In this document: positions 8,269 to 17,530 of the stretch, piece after piece
Layout: the number at the start of each line of letters is the position of its first letter
How positions within the stretch are numbered: the first letter of the stretch is position 1
Source of the DNA: a virus
Taxonomy: Duplodnaviria > Caudoviricetes
Strand: one strand, 5' to 3'
IMG/VR virus record: IMGVR_UViG_3300005438_000120
Span: 1 to 64,000 of that record
DNA length: 64,000 nucleotides
Notes under the pieces: model-generated
Database searches by the model: none
Seen by the model: the letters and a program-made list of their open reading frames with translations, nothing else
Told to the model about the DNA's origin: nothing
Program-made: the position numbers and the translations under genes

Positions 8269-11200
8269 TTGGCAACCCTTTCCTCAATCTCTCCCGACTC
8301 AAAGCCTGCCGGTAGTGGCGACTTCACGCTGACGTGCAACGGCACCCTCTTTCTCGGGACGCGAAACGCTCCAGATACCCCGACGATCGTCATCGACGGC
8401 ACCGAATACGACACCGCGTGCACGATCGGGACTTCATGTTCCTGTACCGTTCCAGCGGCGATCGTAGCGGCAGCCGGGACGCGATCCGTGTGGGTGCGCG
8501 AGGTCAACGCCGGAGACACCGCACACCTCACCCTCACGGTCACTACATCGCTCCCGATCGTTGATTCGGTCTCTCCGCCTACTATCTCGGCGGGTTCGTC
8601 CTCTGTCATCTCGGTAGTCGGCCACAACTTCACGTCTTCCGCGATCATCACGGTTGACGGCAGTCCGGCGGCAATGACTATCGACTTCACGGACTCGCAA
8701 CACATTGCCACGCACACAGCCGTCTCTTTTTTCGAGCCGGGAGGTGAGCGCGTAGTTGGGGTGACGATCCCCGGCGTTGGTGATTCGAACGGCGCGATCC
8801 TTCTCGTAAATAACCCCGTCCCGACATTCACTAGCCTCTCGCCAACCTCGAAACTAGTAGGCGACGGCGCCTTCACCCTAACCATCAACGGCAGCAACTT
8901 CGTTCATGGCGCGCAGGTGAGCGGGGCCGGTATCGATCCGCGATTCGCAAACGTGACATGGGTTTCCTCGAATCAGATAACCGTGCAGGTGCAGGACTCC
9001 GGCATGCAAGCTGCCGGAGTTTCAACGTTCACAATCACGAACCCCGGTCCCGGTGGCGGCAGCGTGACTACCGGCTCCGCATTCACGGTCAATTACCCCG
9101 CTCCTGTCATCACGGACATCTCGCCCACATCGGCTATCGTCGGCTCCGGTCCCATCACGATCAGTGTGAGCGGGTCTGGGTTTGTCAAGGGCGGATTCGG
9201 AGCGACTAGCTTCGTGAATTGGGGCGGCATTACTCCGTCCTCTTTGGTGCTAACGGAGAATTTCCTTCAGTTCACAGCTACGAATGCGATGCTCGGCGTC
9301 GCTGGTTCGTTCGATATTTCAGTGACGAACCCCACTCCCGGAGGCGGGACCAGCTCTACGATTCCGTTCGTCGTTTCGAGCGGTGCTCCGGTCCTCGATT
9401 CAATCTCTCCGTCTTCCCAAACCTTCGGGTCAACTCCATATTCGGTAGGGCTTTCGGGTTCTAACTTCCCCTCTAGCGGGTTGGCGGTCTACCTCAATTC
9501 ACAGTTTGACGTAACCGCGCGCGCGACCTTCATCAACTCCGGCTTCATCACTGTTGCGCTTTCGGCGGGCGACATCCCTGCGGCTGACAACTACACGCTT
9601 GAAGTCAGGAACACGGGCAACGGCACGCGAAGCCTCTCTCGCCTGCTGACCGTTGTCAATCCGGCCCCTACGATCACGGCGCTATCGTCTACGAGCAAGG
9701 TAGCCGGTTCAGCGGCCTTCCCGCTCACGGTCACGGGAACCGGATTCGTCGCCGGGACTCAGGGACTAGTCAACGGCTCGCAGCGCGCTACTACATTCAC
9801 CGATTCGACGCACATCGTAATAACCGTCACGGCTAACGATCTCGCTACAACCGGGTCGCTTCTGATTACCGCCGCGAACGTGGACAGCGGAACTTCAGGC
9901 TCCCTAACTCTTTCCGTCGTCAATCCGGCGCCTGTTCTTTCCGCCGCTTCCCCGCTGACTGTTTTGCTCGGATCAGGAAACACCGTAGTCACGTTGACCG
10001 GCAGCGGATTCATCGCGTCGTCGGTAGCGAAGGTCGGCGCTACATTACTAGCTACGGTCTACGTTTCGCCGAACACGCTCACGGCCACGATTCCGAGCGG
10101 GAACTTCGCTTCGATCGCTACGTTGTCGTTGACCGTTACGAACGGAACTCCGGGCGGAGGAACATCGGGCGCGCAAACGATTTCCGTTGTGAACCCCGCG
10201 CCGACGATCACGAACATCTCGCCGAGCCTAAAAAACGCCGGTGACGCAGCCTACACGCAAACCGTAAACGGGACGGGCTTCCGCGCCGGGAACTCTACCG
10301 CGTCATGGAACGGACAAGCTCGAACTACGACAGTCGTATCCGCGACACAGCTAACGTTCACCGTCAACGCATCCGACATAACGAGCGTCGGATCGAACAA
10401 CATCACGGTAACAAACGCCGGGCCGGGCGGAGGCACAAGCTCCGCCGCGCCGTTGAATGTCGGCGCCTCGAATCCGGTCCCTTCTATCACCTCTCTCTCG
10501 CCATCAAATCTGAATCAAAACTCTGCCGCACAATCAATCACGGTAACAGGTACTAACTTTGTTTCGTCTTCTATTGTGCGATGGGAGGGAAACAACCGCA
10601 TCACGACGTTCGTGAACGCGACGACGCTGACCGTCGCACTTCAGGCGAGCGACCTCTCCGTTCCCGGCTCGCACGCAATCACGGTTTTCAATCCGACACC
10701 GGGAGGAGGGGTTTCGGCGGCGTCCGGCTTTGTCGTCAACGCACTCAACCCCGCCCCGGCGATCACGAACCTGTCCCCGGCCTCCGTGGTTCAGGGTGCG
10801 TCGGGCTTTACGTTGACGATCAACGGGTTGAATTTTCTTTCGACGACTACCGCATCATTCGGCGGCGTAGCGAAAACGGTTACGTTCGTCGGCGCTACGC
10901 AGATCACGATCCCGATTCTAGCTGGCGAAGTCGCATCGCCCGGCACTATCCCGCTGATCGTCACAAATCCCGGTCCCGGCGGAGGATCAACGCCTGCTGT
11001 GAATTTCGTCGTCAACGCAACGGCAAACAACCCGACGCCTTCGATCACGGCGCTATCCGTCCTCGCGAAGAACGTCGGCGACTCAGGTTTCACGCTGACC
11101 GTCACCGGAACCGGTTTCGTCTCGGGCATTCAGGGCAAGTGGGCGGGTTCGAATAGGACTACAGTTTTCGGCTCGTCAACCTCGCTAACGATTGCGATCA

Positions 11201-11706
11201 TGACGGGCGATCTCGCGGCGGTCGGAAACTTCGCCGTGACGGTCACGAATCCGACACCGGGAGGCGGAGCGTCGAACGCCGTCTCGTTTGCCGTGAACGC
11301 ACTCGTTAACCCTGCGCCGGTTCTCTCTTCACTCTCTCCGCCAAATATTACTCGCGGGAGTTCTACATTTCAGCTATCCTTGTTCGGATCGAACTTCATC
11401 CCGACGACGGTAGTGACATTCAACGGCGCGAACAAAACAACAGCATATGTCTCGCCCACCCGAGTTGATGCGACCGTGCCGAATACGGACATCGCGCTTT
11501 CGCCGGGCGCCGTGTCGCGGATCAATCCGGACGAACATCACGAAGTCAACACGATGAACGCGGCGAACCTTAGAACAGTAGAAGCCGGGAACAATGTTGC
11601 CCCTGCTATCACCGGTCCTGACGCTAAGACCGGATGGCACTTCCCTGAATCGGGAACGGCGGTCTTTGTATCGCAGGGGCTAGAGGCTCTCAGGATCACG
11701 CAATAA
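8269..11706 (+). CDS. Ig-like protein with 12 tandem IPT/TIG repeats (likely virion-associated); the last 67 aa look like a propeller strand plus tail-fibre motif
   Basis: Repeats of the form P-x-I/L-T/S-x-L/I-S-P...G-x-N/G-F...V-T-N-P-x-P-G-G-G. The 12th repeat stops at TVPNTDIALS, then continues PGAVSRINPD...APAITGPDAKTGWHFPESGTAVFVSQGLEALRI. TTG start. Confidence 0.8.
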   Translation: MATLSSISPDSKPAGSGDFTLTCNGTLFLGTRNAPDTPTIVIDGTEYDTACTIGTSCSCTVPAAIVAAAGTRSVWVREVNAGDTAHLTLTVTTSLPIVDSVSPPTISAGSSSVISVVGHNFTSSAIITVDGSPAAMTIDFTDSQHIATHTAVSFFEPGGERVVGVTIPGVGDSNGAILLVNNPVPTFTSLSPTSKLVGDGAFTLTINGSNFVHGAQVSGAGIDPRFANVTWVSSNQITVQVQDSGMQAAGVSTFTITNPGPGGGSVTTGSAFTVNYPAPVITDISPTSAIVGSGPITISVSGSGFVKGGFGATSFVNWGGITPSSLVLTENFLQFTATNAMLGVAGSFDISVTNPTPGGGTSSTIPFVVSSGAPVLDSISPSSQTFGSTPYSVGLSGSNFPSSGLAVYLNSQFDVTARATFINSGFITVALSAGDIPAADNYTLEVRNTGNGTRSLSRLLTVVNPAPTITALSSTSKVAGSAAFPLTVTGTGFVAGTQGLVNGSQRATTFTDSTHIVITVTANDLATTGSLLITAANVDSGTSGSLTLSVVNPAPVLSAASPLTVLLGSGNTVVTLTGSGFIASSVAKVGATLLATVYVSPNTLTATIPSGNFASIATLSLTVTNGTPGGGTSGAQTISVVNPAPTITNISPSLKNAGDAAYTQTVNGTGFRAGNSTASWNGQARTTTVVSATQLTFTVNASDITSVGSNNITVTNAGPGGGTSSAAPLNVGASNPVPSITSLSPSNLNQNSAAQSITVTGTNFVSSSIVRWEGNNRITTFVNATTLTVALQASDLSVPGSHAITVFNPTPGGGVSAASGFVVNALNPAPAITNLSPASVVQGASGFTLTINGLNFLSTTTASFGGVAKTVTFVGATQITIPILAGEVASPGTIPLIVTNPGPGGGSTPAVNFVVNATANNPTPSITALSVLAKNVGDSGFTLTVTGTGFVSGIQGKWAGSNRTTVFGSSTSLTIAIMTGDLAAVGNFAVTVTNPTPGGGASNAVSFAVNALVNPAPVLSSLSPPNITRGSSTFQLSLFGSNFIPTTVVTFNGANKTTAYVSPTRVDATVPNTDIALSPGAVSRINPDEHHEVNTMNAANLRTVEAGNNVAPAITGPDAKTGWHFPESGTAVFVSQGLEALRITQ

Positions 11707-11719
11707 GAAAGGAGCAACG

Positions 11720-13348
11720 ATGCCGGTAACGACAGTGACGGGTGAGTTGAAAATTCTACAGCAAGGGCCGAACGACGGGAGTTCCGGAAAGCTTGCGCTG
11801 CGGGTTCTTCTCGATAGCGACTACGACCCTGACAAACCGATCGGATGGATTGAGAGTTCGGACGGCACGCACGTATTCGAGATTTACCCGGAGGGTCAGC
11901 AGTTTGCCACGGGCGTCTCATACGTCGGCGGCGTTATCGTTGGGGCTACTGGCGAAGGCGGTTCCGGTCGCGCGCAACTCATGGCGGAGGGATTGACGCT
12001 CGACTCTTCTGCGAACTTGGGATTTGCGTCGTCATCGGACGCAGGCGTTTCGCCCGACGTAGCGTTTCGTCGCCACTCAACAGGGGACGGCATCGACCTA
12101 GGAAACGGCTCATCTGGTGATGCGAGCAAGAAACTTTACGCCGCGAACATCGGCACAGGCGCCGCCCTCGCGTCAGATACGGACGGAACTCTTGCCGCGA
12201 ACAGCGACTCTCGCGTAGCTACCCAGAAAGCGACGAAAGCGTACGCCGACACGAAGATTGCATCTAGCGCACTCGATACAGACGGCACGCTTGCGGCGAA
12301 CAGTGACGCGAAGGTAGCCTCACAAAAGGCAATCAAGACGTACGTTGACACGATTGCGGCTGGCCTAAAATGGAAAGTGCCGGTTCGCGTCGCGACGACA
12401 GCGGCGGGAACCCTCGCAAGCTCCTTCGCTAACGGCAGCACGGTTGACGGCGTGTCGCTCGTTACTGGCGATCGAATCCTCATCAAAGATCAAGCGTCCG
12501 GCTCGGAGAATGGTCTGTACGTCGTAGCGGCAAGCGGTGCGCCGACGCGAGCAACGGATGCCGATTCCGGCACGGAACTCGTTTCCGCTGCCGTATTCGT
12601 GATGAGCGGAACATCTAACGCGGATAAGGCTTTCGTCTGCACGAATGACAGCATCACACTCGGATCGACGACGGTGACGTTTGTAGGCTTCGCATCGGTA
12701 GTCGGCGCGCTGATAGCGGCGAATAACCTTTCTGATCTAGCGAGCGCATCAACCGCACGAACGAACCTCGGCCTCGGCACGTTAGCGACGCAGAGCGGAA
12801 CATTCAGCGGGACTAGCTCGGGTACGAATACGGGAGATCAAGACCTATCCGGTCTCGCTCCGAAAGCATCGCCGTCGTTCACCGGCGACATCACCGACAC
12901 GACCGGCGGACTCGTTCTGTCTCACGCCACAGGCGGGACGATCAAAGAGCGCGCTCGCACAACGGCGCTCGGAGAATGGCTCTCCGTAACGTTCGCCGCA
13001 GGAAACTTCACGGCGTCACCCGGCACGTGGACGGTCAGCTCTGGTCAGCAGACGACCTACGCCTACACCCTGATCGGTAAGACGATGATTCTTGCGTTCT
13101 GCATCGACGGCGGGACAACTGCATCCTCTCCCGGGCATCTAGACATCCTCATACCTGGTGGATTCAGCGCGGCGCGCGACATTGAAGGAACGTTCGCATA
13201 CAGCGACGATGCAGGTGCTACAGGAAAGATCGGAAACTCGCTGGTCAGTGGAACTAAGGTTCTTCTATACAAGGACATCACCCACTCCGTCGCGTGGGGT
13301 AATGCGGCAGTTTACGTCAGGGGCCAGATCAGTTTCCAGATCTCATAG
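11720..13348 (+). CDS. Phage tail fibre protein
   Basis: AAGGAG RBS. Fibre motifs ATQKATKAYAD, GLKWKVPVRVATT, DGVSLVTGDRILIKDQ..ENGLYVV, NNLSDLASASTARTNLGLG and LAPKASPSFTG. Confidence 0.85.
   Translation: MPVTTVTGELKILQQGPNDGSSGKLALRVLLDSDYDPDKPIGWIESSDGTHVFEIYPEGQQFATGVSYVGGVIVGATGEGGSGRAQLMAEGLTLDSSANLGFASSSDAGVSPDVAFRRHSTGDGIDLGNGSSGDASKKLYAANIGTGAALASDTDGTLAANSDSRVATQKATKAYADTKIASSALDTDGTLAANSDAKVASQKAIKTYVDTIAAGLKWKVPVRVATTAAGTLASSFANGSTVDGVSLVTGDRILIKDQASGSENGLYVVAASGAPTRATDADSGTELVSAAVFVMSGTSNADKAFVCTNDSITLGSTTVTFVGFASVVGALIAANNLSDLASASTARTNLGLGTLATQSGTFSGTSSGTNTGDQDLSGLAPKASPSFTGDITDTTGGLVLSHATGGTIKERARTTALGEWLSVTFAAGNFTASPGTWTVSSGQQTTYAYTLIGKTMILAFCIDGGTTASSPGHLDILIPGGFSAARDIEGTFAYSDDAGATGKIGNSLVSGTKVLLYKDITHSVAWGNAAVYVRGQISFQIS
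12176..12352 (+). repeat. Tandem duplication of a ~33-aa tail fibre motif
   Basis: DTDGTLAANSDSRVATQKATKAYADT and DTDGTLAANSDAKVASQKAIKTYVDT. Confidence 0.8.
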
Positions 13349-13512
13349 TCACCCAGTTGATGACGATCGCATCGGAGTCTCCAGCCGTAGCCGAAGACTC
13401 CGGCGGAACGTATGCTAGACTTAGCGGCGCAGCGCGGCCATGGTGACCGGAGAGATTCCGGTACGAGATTTCGCTTCCCGTGAAAGGCCTCCATGAAACA
13501 GCCGCACTCCGC
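13345..13512 (+). ncRNA. Structured 3' trailer block ('gamma'); pairs with 13-206
   Basis: Hairpins CGGAGTCT..AGACTCCG and ACCGGA-GAGA-TTCCGGT. Several helices with the leader at 1-230. Confidence 0.65.
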
Positions 13513-13515
13513 GTG

Positions 13516-13551
13516 ACGCCGCCGACGAAAGTCGCGCGGCGTTCGTGTTTT
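13516..13551 (+). terminator. Probable intrinsic terminator (possibly bidirectional)
   Basis: ACGCCGCCGAC-GAAA-GTCGCGCGGCGT followed by TCGTGTTTT, between convergent genes. Confidence 0.55.
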
Positions 13552-14197
13552 AGCTGATATTTACTTCCGCTATTATCCGCTTCGCCTCAGCCATCGCAAT
13601 GCGCAGAAAGCGCTCTCGGTTCAGCGGCGTATCGTAACCGGCTATACCACCACTACGGAACAGGCGATTGAAGCACCCCTGCAAATACGAAGCGGGATTG
13701 CTGGTGCCAACATCTACCATCAGGACGGCTTCTTCTTTTGCGTGAACGGCTATAGCATCGGCTTGCTGAATGACGTGAACTTTGACCGGCTTACCCATCT
13801 CCCGCGCGCGCTTGACCGTCCAACAGCCGCCATTCCTTCTGTGATCATCCGCGCCGCAATGAAAGCATGGCACGTCATTCGTGACGATAGCGCCTTCAGG
13901 AATCTTCGAGACCGTGATGCAGTGAACGGCATCGCTTTCTCTAGCGATCTGAAGGTTGCGCGGCTTGAATCCGGTTTGCCATGAGCGATCTTTCGGAAGA
14001 AACTCGGTGACCTTCATTCCAAGTTCTCCCCCGATTTCTGCTGCCCACTGATCTACGCCGCCGTTAGGGCATCCGCCGCTGATAATTTCGGTGATGCCCT
14101 CGAAGGAGAGGAGAAAGCGAATCAGTTCGCGGGCCTCAGCTTCGCCTTCGGTTGTCCATCGCGAAGCCTCGCTACCAACGATTCCTAGCTTCGTCAC
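13550..14197 (-). CDS. SLOG superfamily (DprA/YspA-like) protein
   Basis: KLGIVGS...IISGGCPNGGVDQWA...RNLQIARESD. Confidence 0.7.
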   Translation of the reverse strand: MTKLGIVGSEASRWTTEGEAEARELIRFLLSFEGITEIISGGCPNGGVDQWAAEIGGELGMKVTEFLPKDRSWQTGFKPRNLQIARESDAVHCITVSKIPEGAIVTNDVPCFHCGADDHRRNGGCWTVKRAREMGKPVKVHVIQQADAIAVHAKEEAVLMVDVGTSNPASYLQGCFNRLFRSGGIAGYDTPLNRERFLRIAMAEAKRIIAEVNIS

Positions 14198-15250
14198 GGT
14201 TCACTCACCGATCCCGGCGAAGCCTCAGCCATGTTTCGGTATCAATATGCAGGCAGTCAGGATACGCGGAGCAGCATTGGTTGCCGAAGATCATGAGCAC
14301 TCCTTTACGATGCCGTGACGCTTGCAACGCAGGATCAATACCCCTCCGAATTCATCTGGGTACGCTGCCCAACCGGTGAAGCGCGCGAACCGTCCGCACT
14401 TCGGGCAGTGATGTCGACATATCATGCGCCGCCTCCGCACGTTTCGCGACAAATCGGGCAAACGACACCCTTGTCCGAGAAGCTGAGAAGGCAGCCGCAC
14501 TCGCAGCCGCATTCAACTTCTGACGGATCAGTATCGGGAGGGTGCTCGATACCTTCGTTGTCCGCCGCTTGCGTTAGATGCTCACCGCAGTTTACGACCC
14601 GCGATCGGTCTTCGGTGTGAAACGAGAACGTATCGCCGCGATCGACGCAACAATCCGATAGGAGGTAGCGAATGATCTTCGAGGCAAGGTCCGTTTCGTC
14701 GCCGAAGAATCCGCCGTCGAGTTCGTCTTTGATGCTGTCGCGGGTTATCGGATCGCCGCTAGGCCAGCGCGGTACGTCTTTTTCGTCGTTGTCGTTTTCA
14801 GGCATCCGCACCTCCGTTTGTCGCGCACTCGGCAAGCGTTCGCTCCGTCCACTTGTCGCCGCGCGCCGCACCATTCGCCATGATGTTCGCATGCGATCCG
14901 CAAAGATGGCGATGCTTGATTTCAAGAACATCGCGTCCGCCGATTTGCGTTCGCTCCCAAATCACGCACACGGTTGCGCGCTCTTTCTTGCGGCGGATGG
15001 ACATTTCGCACTCAGGGCGGATCATGGTTCGAAGTATCTAATCGCGGCGGCGCGAAGTCAAGCTATTTTTCTGATCTCACGCGCAACATGCGGCGGCAGT
15101 CCACGAGCCGAAACCTTTTCGCGCTCGCGTTCATCGCGCCGCTGTTGCTTCGCGAAACAGAGATCGCAGATTCGCATGATGCCACTCTCGCGCGGAAGGC
15201 CACAGGCTTCGCAGGACCGAATCATGCGCCGACAATCTCCGAGATATAGC

Positions 15251-15427
15251 CTAACGTTTCGCCGCGCAACGGAACGAGCCTCGTTTCGGACGCCAAACCA
15301 GACACTTCGCGATGTCTTTGTCCGTCATTTGGCCGAGAGGTTGTGTGCGCCAATCAATTGTGCTGGCGTTGTACTTGCGCTTGCGCGGCATTTTTGGTGC
15401 CCCTGACGGTTGAGTCGCGTAGCTCAT
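15251..15427 (-). CDS. Small DNA-binding-like protein, paralogous to the N-terminus of 19800-20717; possibly truncated
   Basis: IDWRTQPLGQMTDKDIAK vs IDWSAVPLGVKLDREIAA. Confidence 0.4.
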   Translation of the reverse strand: MSYATQPSGAPKMPRKRKYNASTIDWRTQPLGQMTDKDIAKCLVWRPKRGSFRCAAKR

Positions 15428-16964
15428 GGCGGTTTCTCTCGTTAGGATGTCGTGAAAAGAACGACCGCTGCGCATTTGACTAGTGCGCCGCCCATGTCGG
15501 GCAGAATGATCGCCGCCATCATACGGGCGTATAGGTTGGAGCGACGGCGGGCACTATTCGTCATGCGTTCTCCGTCATGGCGCGCGAGCTAGTCGGCGCA
15601 GTTTGGTCAAACTGTTTGAGGTCGATATCGGGTGTCGGCGTGATGAGCGTACCCACGCTCCCCGTTGATTCGTTGCCGTACGTCATCAGCGCATCTGCCG
15701 TCGTTTCGAGGTAGATGCAATGCTCCGCCATCTCTTTCGTCACTTCCGAAGTAGTGCGGCTCGCAATCGTGACACGCAAGGTTGCGGCTTCGCGGCGGCA
15801 GAGTTCGGAGAGTACGGATCGGCGTTTCAAATCAAGCTCTGTTCTCATTGCGTTACCCTCACGAGCGGGAATGAGAGGCTGACGTTTTCTACGTGAGCCT
15901 CATCGGTTTCGTACCGCGCGACTACATCCGCATATGCCTTCGCTTTCGCCTCGGCTTCCGTCTCGGCTTCGATTGCAAACGTGGGTTTAGAGTTCAGCGT
16001 TTCGGTCGCCCAGTATCCGTGCTTAGATGAAAGCGTGACGGCTTGGTTCGCGTGGAGAATGTAAGTTTTCACGCTTCCTCCGTCTCGCATACGAAGTGCG
16101 CGCGCAACCTTAGCCCGCCGTCGTAGTATGACTGCCCAAGCCGAATATCCTCATCACATAGACAGCATTCATGCAGGGACAGGCAGCGCCTGACCGGTTT
16201 GCTCTTCAGTCGTTTTACCAATTCTGGCGTACGCTCTCGTTTCGGATAGAAGCGTTCCCGCGTCATGGCATAACCTCGCGTTCCTCGATTCCAGCAAGCG
16301 CTAGATGCTTCGCCAAGCCGGGGTTGATTACGTTCACGAAAACGAGCTTTCGCTTTTCGGCAAACGCGCGCGTCTTCATCGCCGCGAGAAAGATGTCGAG
16401 ATTGCCGCTGCCAAGTTTTGCGGATTGGATGAGCGGCACGAATAGCTCGCTCTCGCCGTGCCGGAACACGTCGGCAGAGATTCCGAACTTCTCCCACTGC
16501 TCGAAATTGTCACCGGCGATGGTGAAGGAGTTGACGGTGTCGCCCTTGCGGAATGCGGTGACGTTCACGGCACTATCTCCGTTCTCAACTTCTTCCAATC
16601 CTCTCTGGCGCGTTGCTTCTCGTTTGCTATCACGCAAGCGCACTTCCTCATTCCGACAAACCAGTCGTAGCGAATCTCACCGGAGCCGCCGCAAGTACCA
16701 CAATCTCTAGCGCCATCGTTGCCCCATAGGTACGCGCAATGTCTGTCGATTCCAGCCCAAAACCCGCAGAACAAGCGAGCTATCACCGCCCCTCCGAATG
16801 CCAGCCAAGACACCAACATCACCACCGCGAGTACGCATCCCGCCGTGAGCGGCATCGGCACAAACATCGCGAGCGTTGATGCAATAAGCGTTGCTATTAA
16901 AGCGCGCCCGTACGCCGTAAGATTGGCGTAGAAATTAGCGAGCCATGCGCTGAACGGCTTCATG

Positions 16965-17204
16965 TCATTCGCTCCATTCGTGAAACTCTGCGCACGGAAG
17001 GTTGACGACGCGCGATGGCTTGCCGAGCTTCGCTACGAGATCAGCCGGATAGCCGATCAATGTCGGCGTGTCTACGCCGTATGCCATGTGGCGCGCGCGC
17101 ATCTGAATCTCATCAAGCGCTTGCTCTTCTGTCTCCGCGACAGCAATCAGCATCGATCCGCCGAACGTCACGGGGTACGGATCATTCCAAAAGAAGAGCT
17201 TCAT
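16965..17204 (-). CDS. Hypothetical phage protein
   Basis: Coupled ORF in a minus-strand operon. Confidence 0.55.
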   Translation of the reverse strand: MKLFFWNDPYPVTFGGSMLIAVAETEEQALDEIQMRARHMAYGVDTPTLIGYPADLVAKLGKPSRVVNLPCAEFHEWSE

Positions 17205-17530
17205 TCGATTACCTCCGAACTCGGAAGCTCTGACGCCGCCTGCGTCACGTCAGGAGCTTCGTTGCGGAGGGTAGTAGTCCCGGCAGGTTGCGCGGGCGCG
17301 ACTGAAGGAGTCGCCGCAGGGTTTGAGGTGACCACTGGATGATCGCCGTCATCTAGCGACACATGCGCGCGGAGAGCGCTCGACATGCCGCCATCGTTGA
17401 TAGCCTGTTCGATCGCGAACAGCATCAATTCGTCATCATTCGATGCATCAGCGAGGAACAATAGAGTGCGTTTCGAAAAGCGCCCTCCGTCCATCTTCGT
17501 TTCGATTACCGTCAGAATTGCGCGGCTCAT
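17201..17530 (-). CDS. Hypothetical phage protein
   Basis: ATGA coupling on both sides. Confidence 0.55.
   Translation of the reverse strand: MSRAILTVIETKMDGGRFSKRTLLFLADASNDDELMLFAIEQAINDGGMSSALRAHVSLDDGDHPVVTSNPAATPSVAPAQPAGTTTLRNEAPDVTQAASELPSSEVIE

Noticed and set aside
3500-11530. Classical attL/attR prophage or satellite, or an invertase shufflon, as the explanation of the swap
   Set aside because: The junctions share only TCG, both genes are in the same orientation, and no tyrosine/serine recombinase is present in the window. One encoded elsewhere cannot be excluded.
3500-11530. Repeat-induced misassembly
   Set aside because: A 3-nt overlap cannot collapse in an assembly graph, and both joins are in frame and reciprocal. 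A read-level check is still advised.
13516-13542. Group II intron domain V
   Set aside because: The GAAA-capped stem lacks the canonical 2-nt bulge geometry and is followed by a T-tract between convergent genes; a terminator is simpler.
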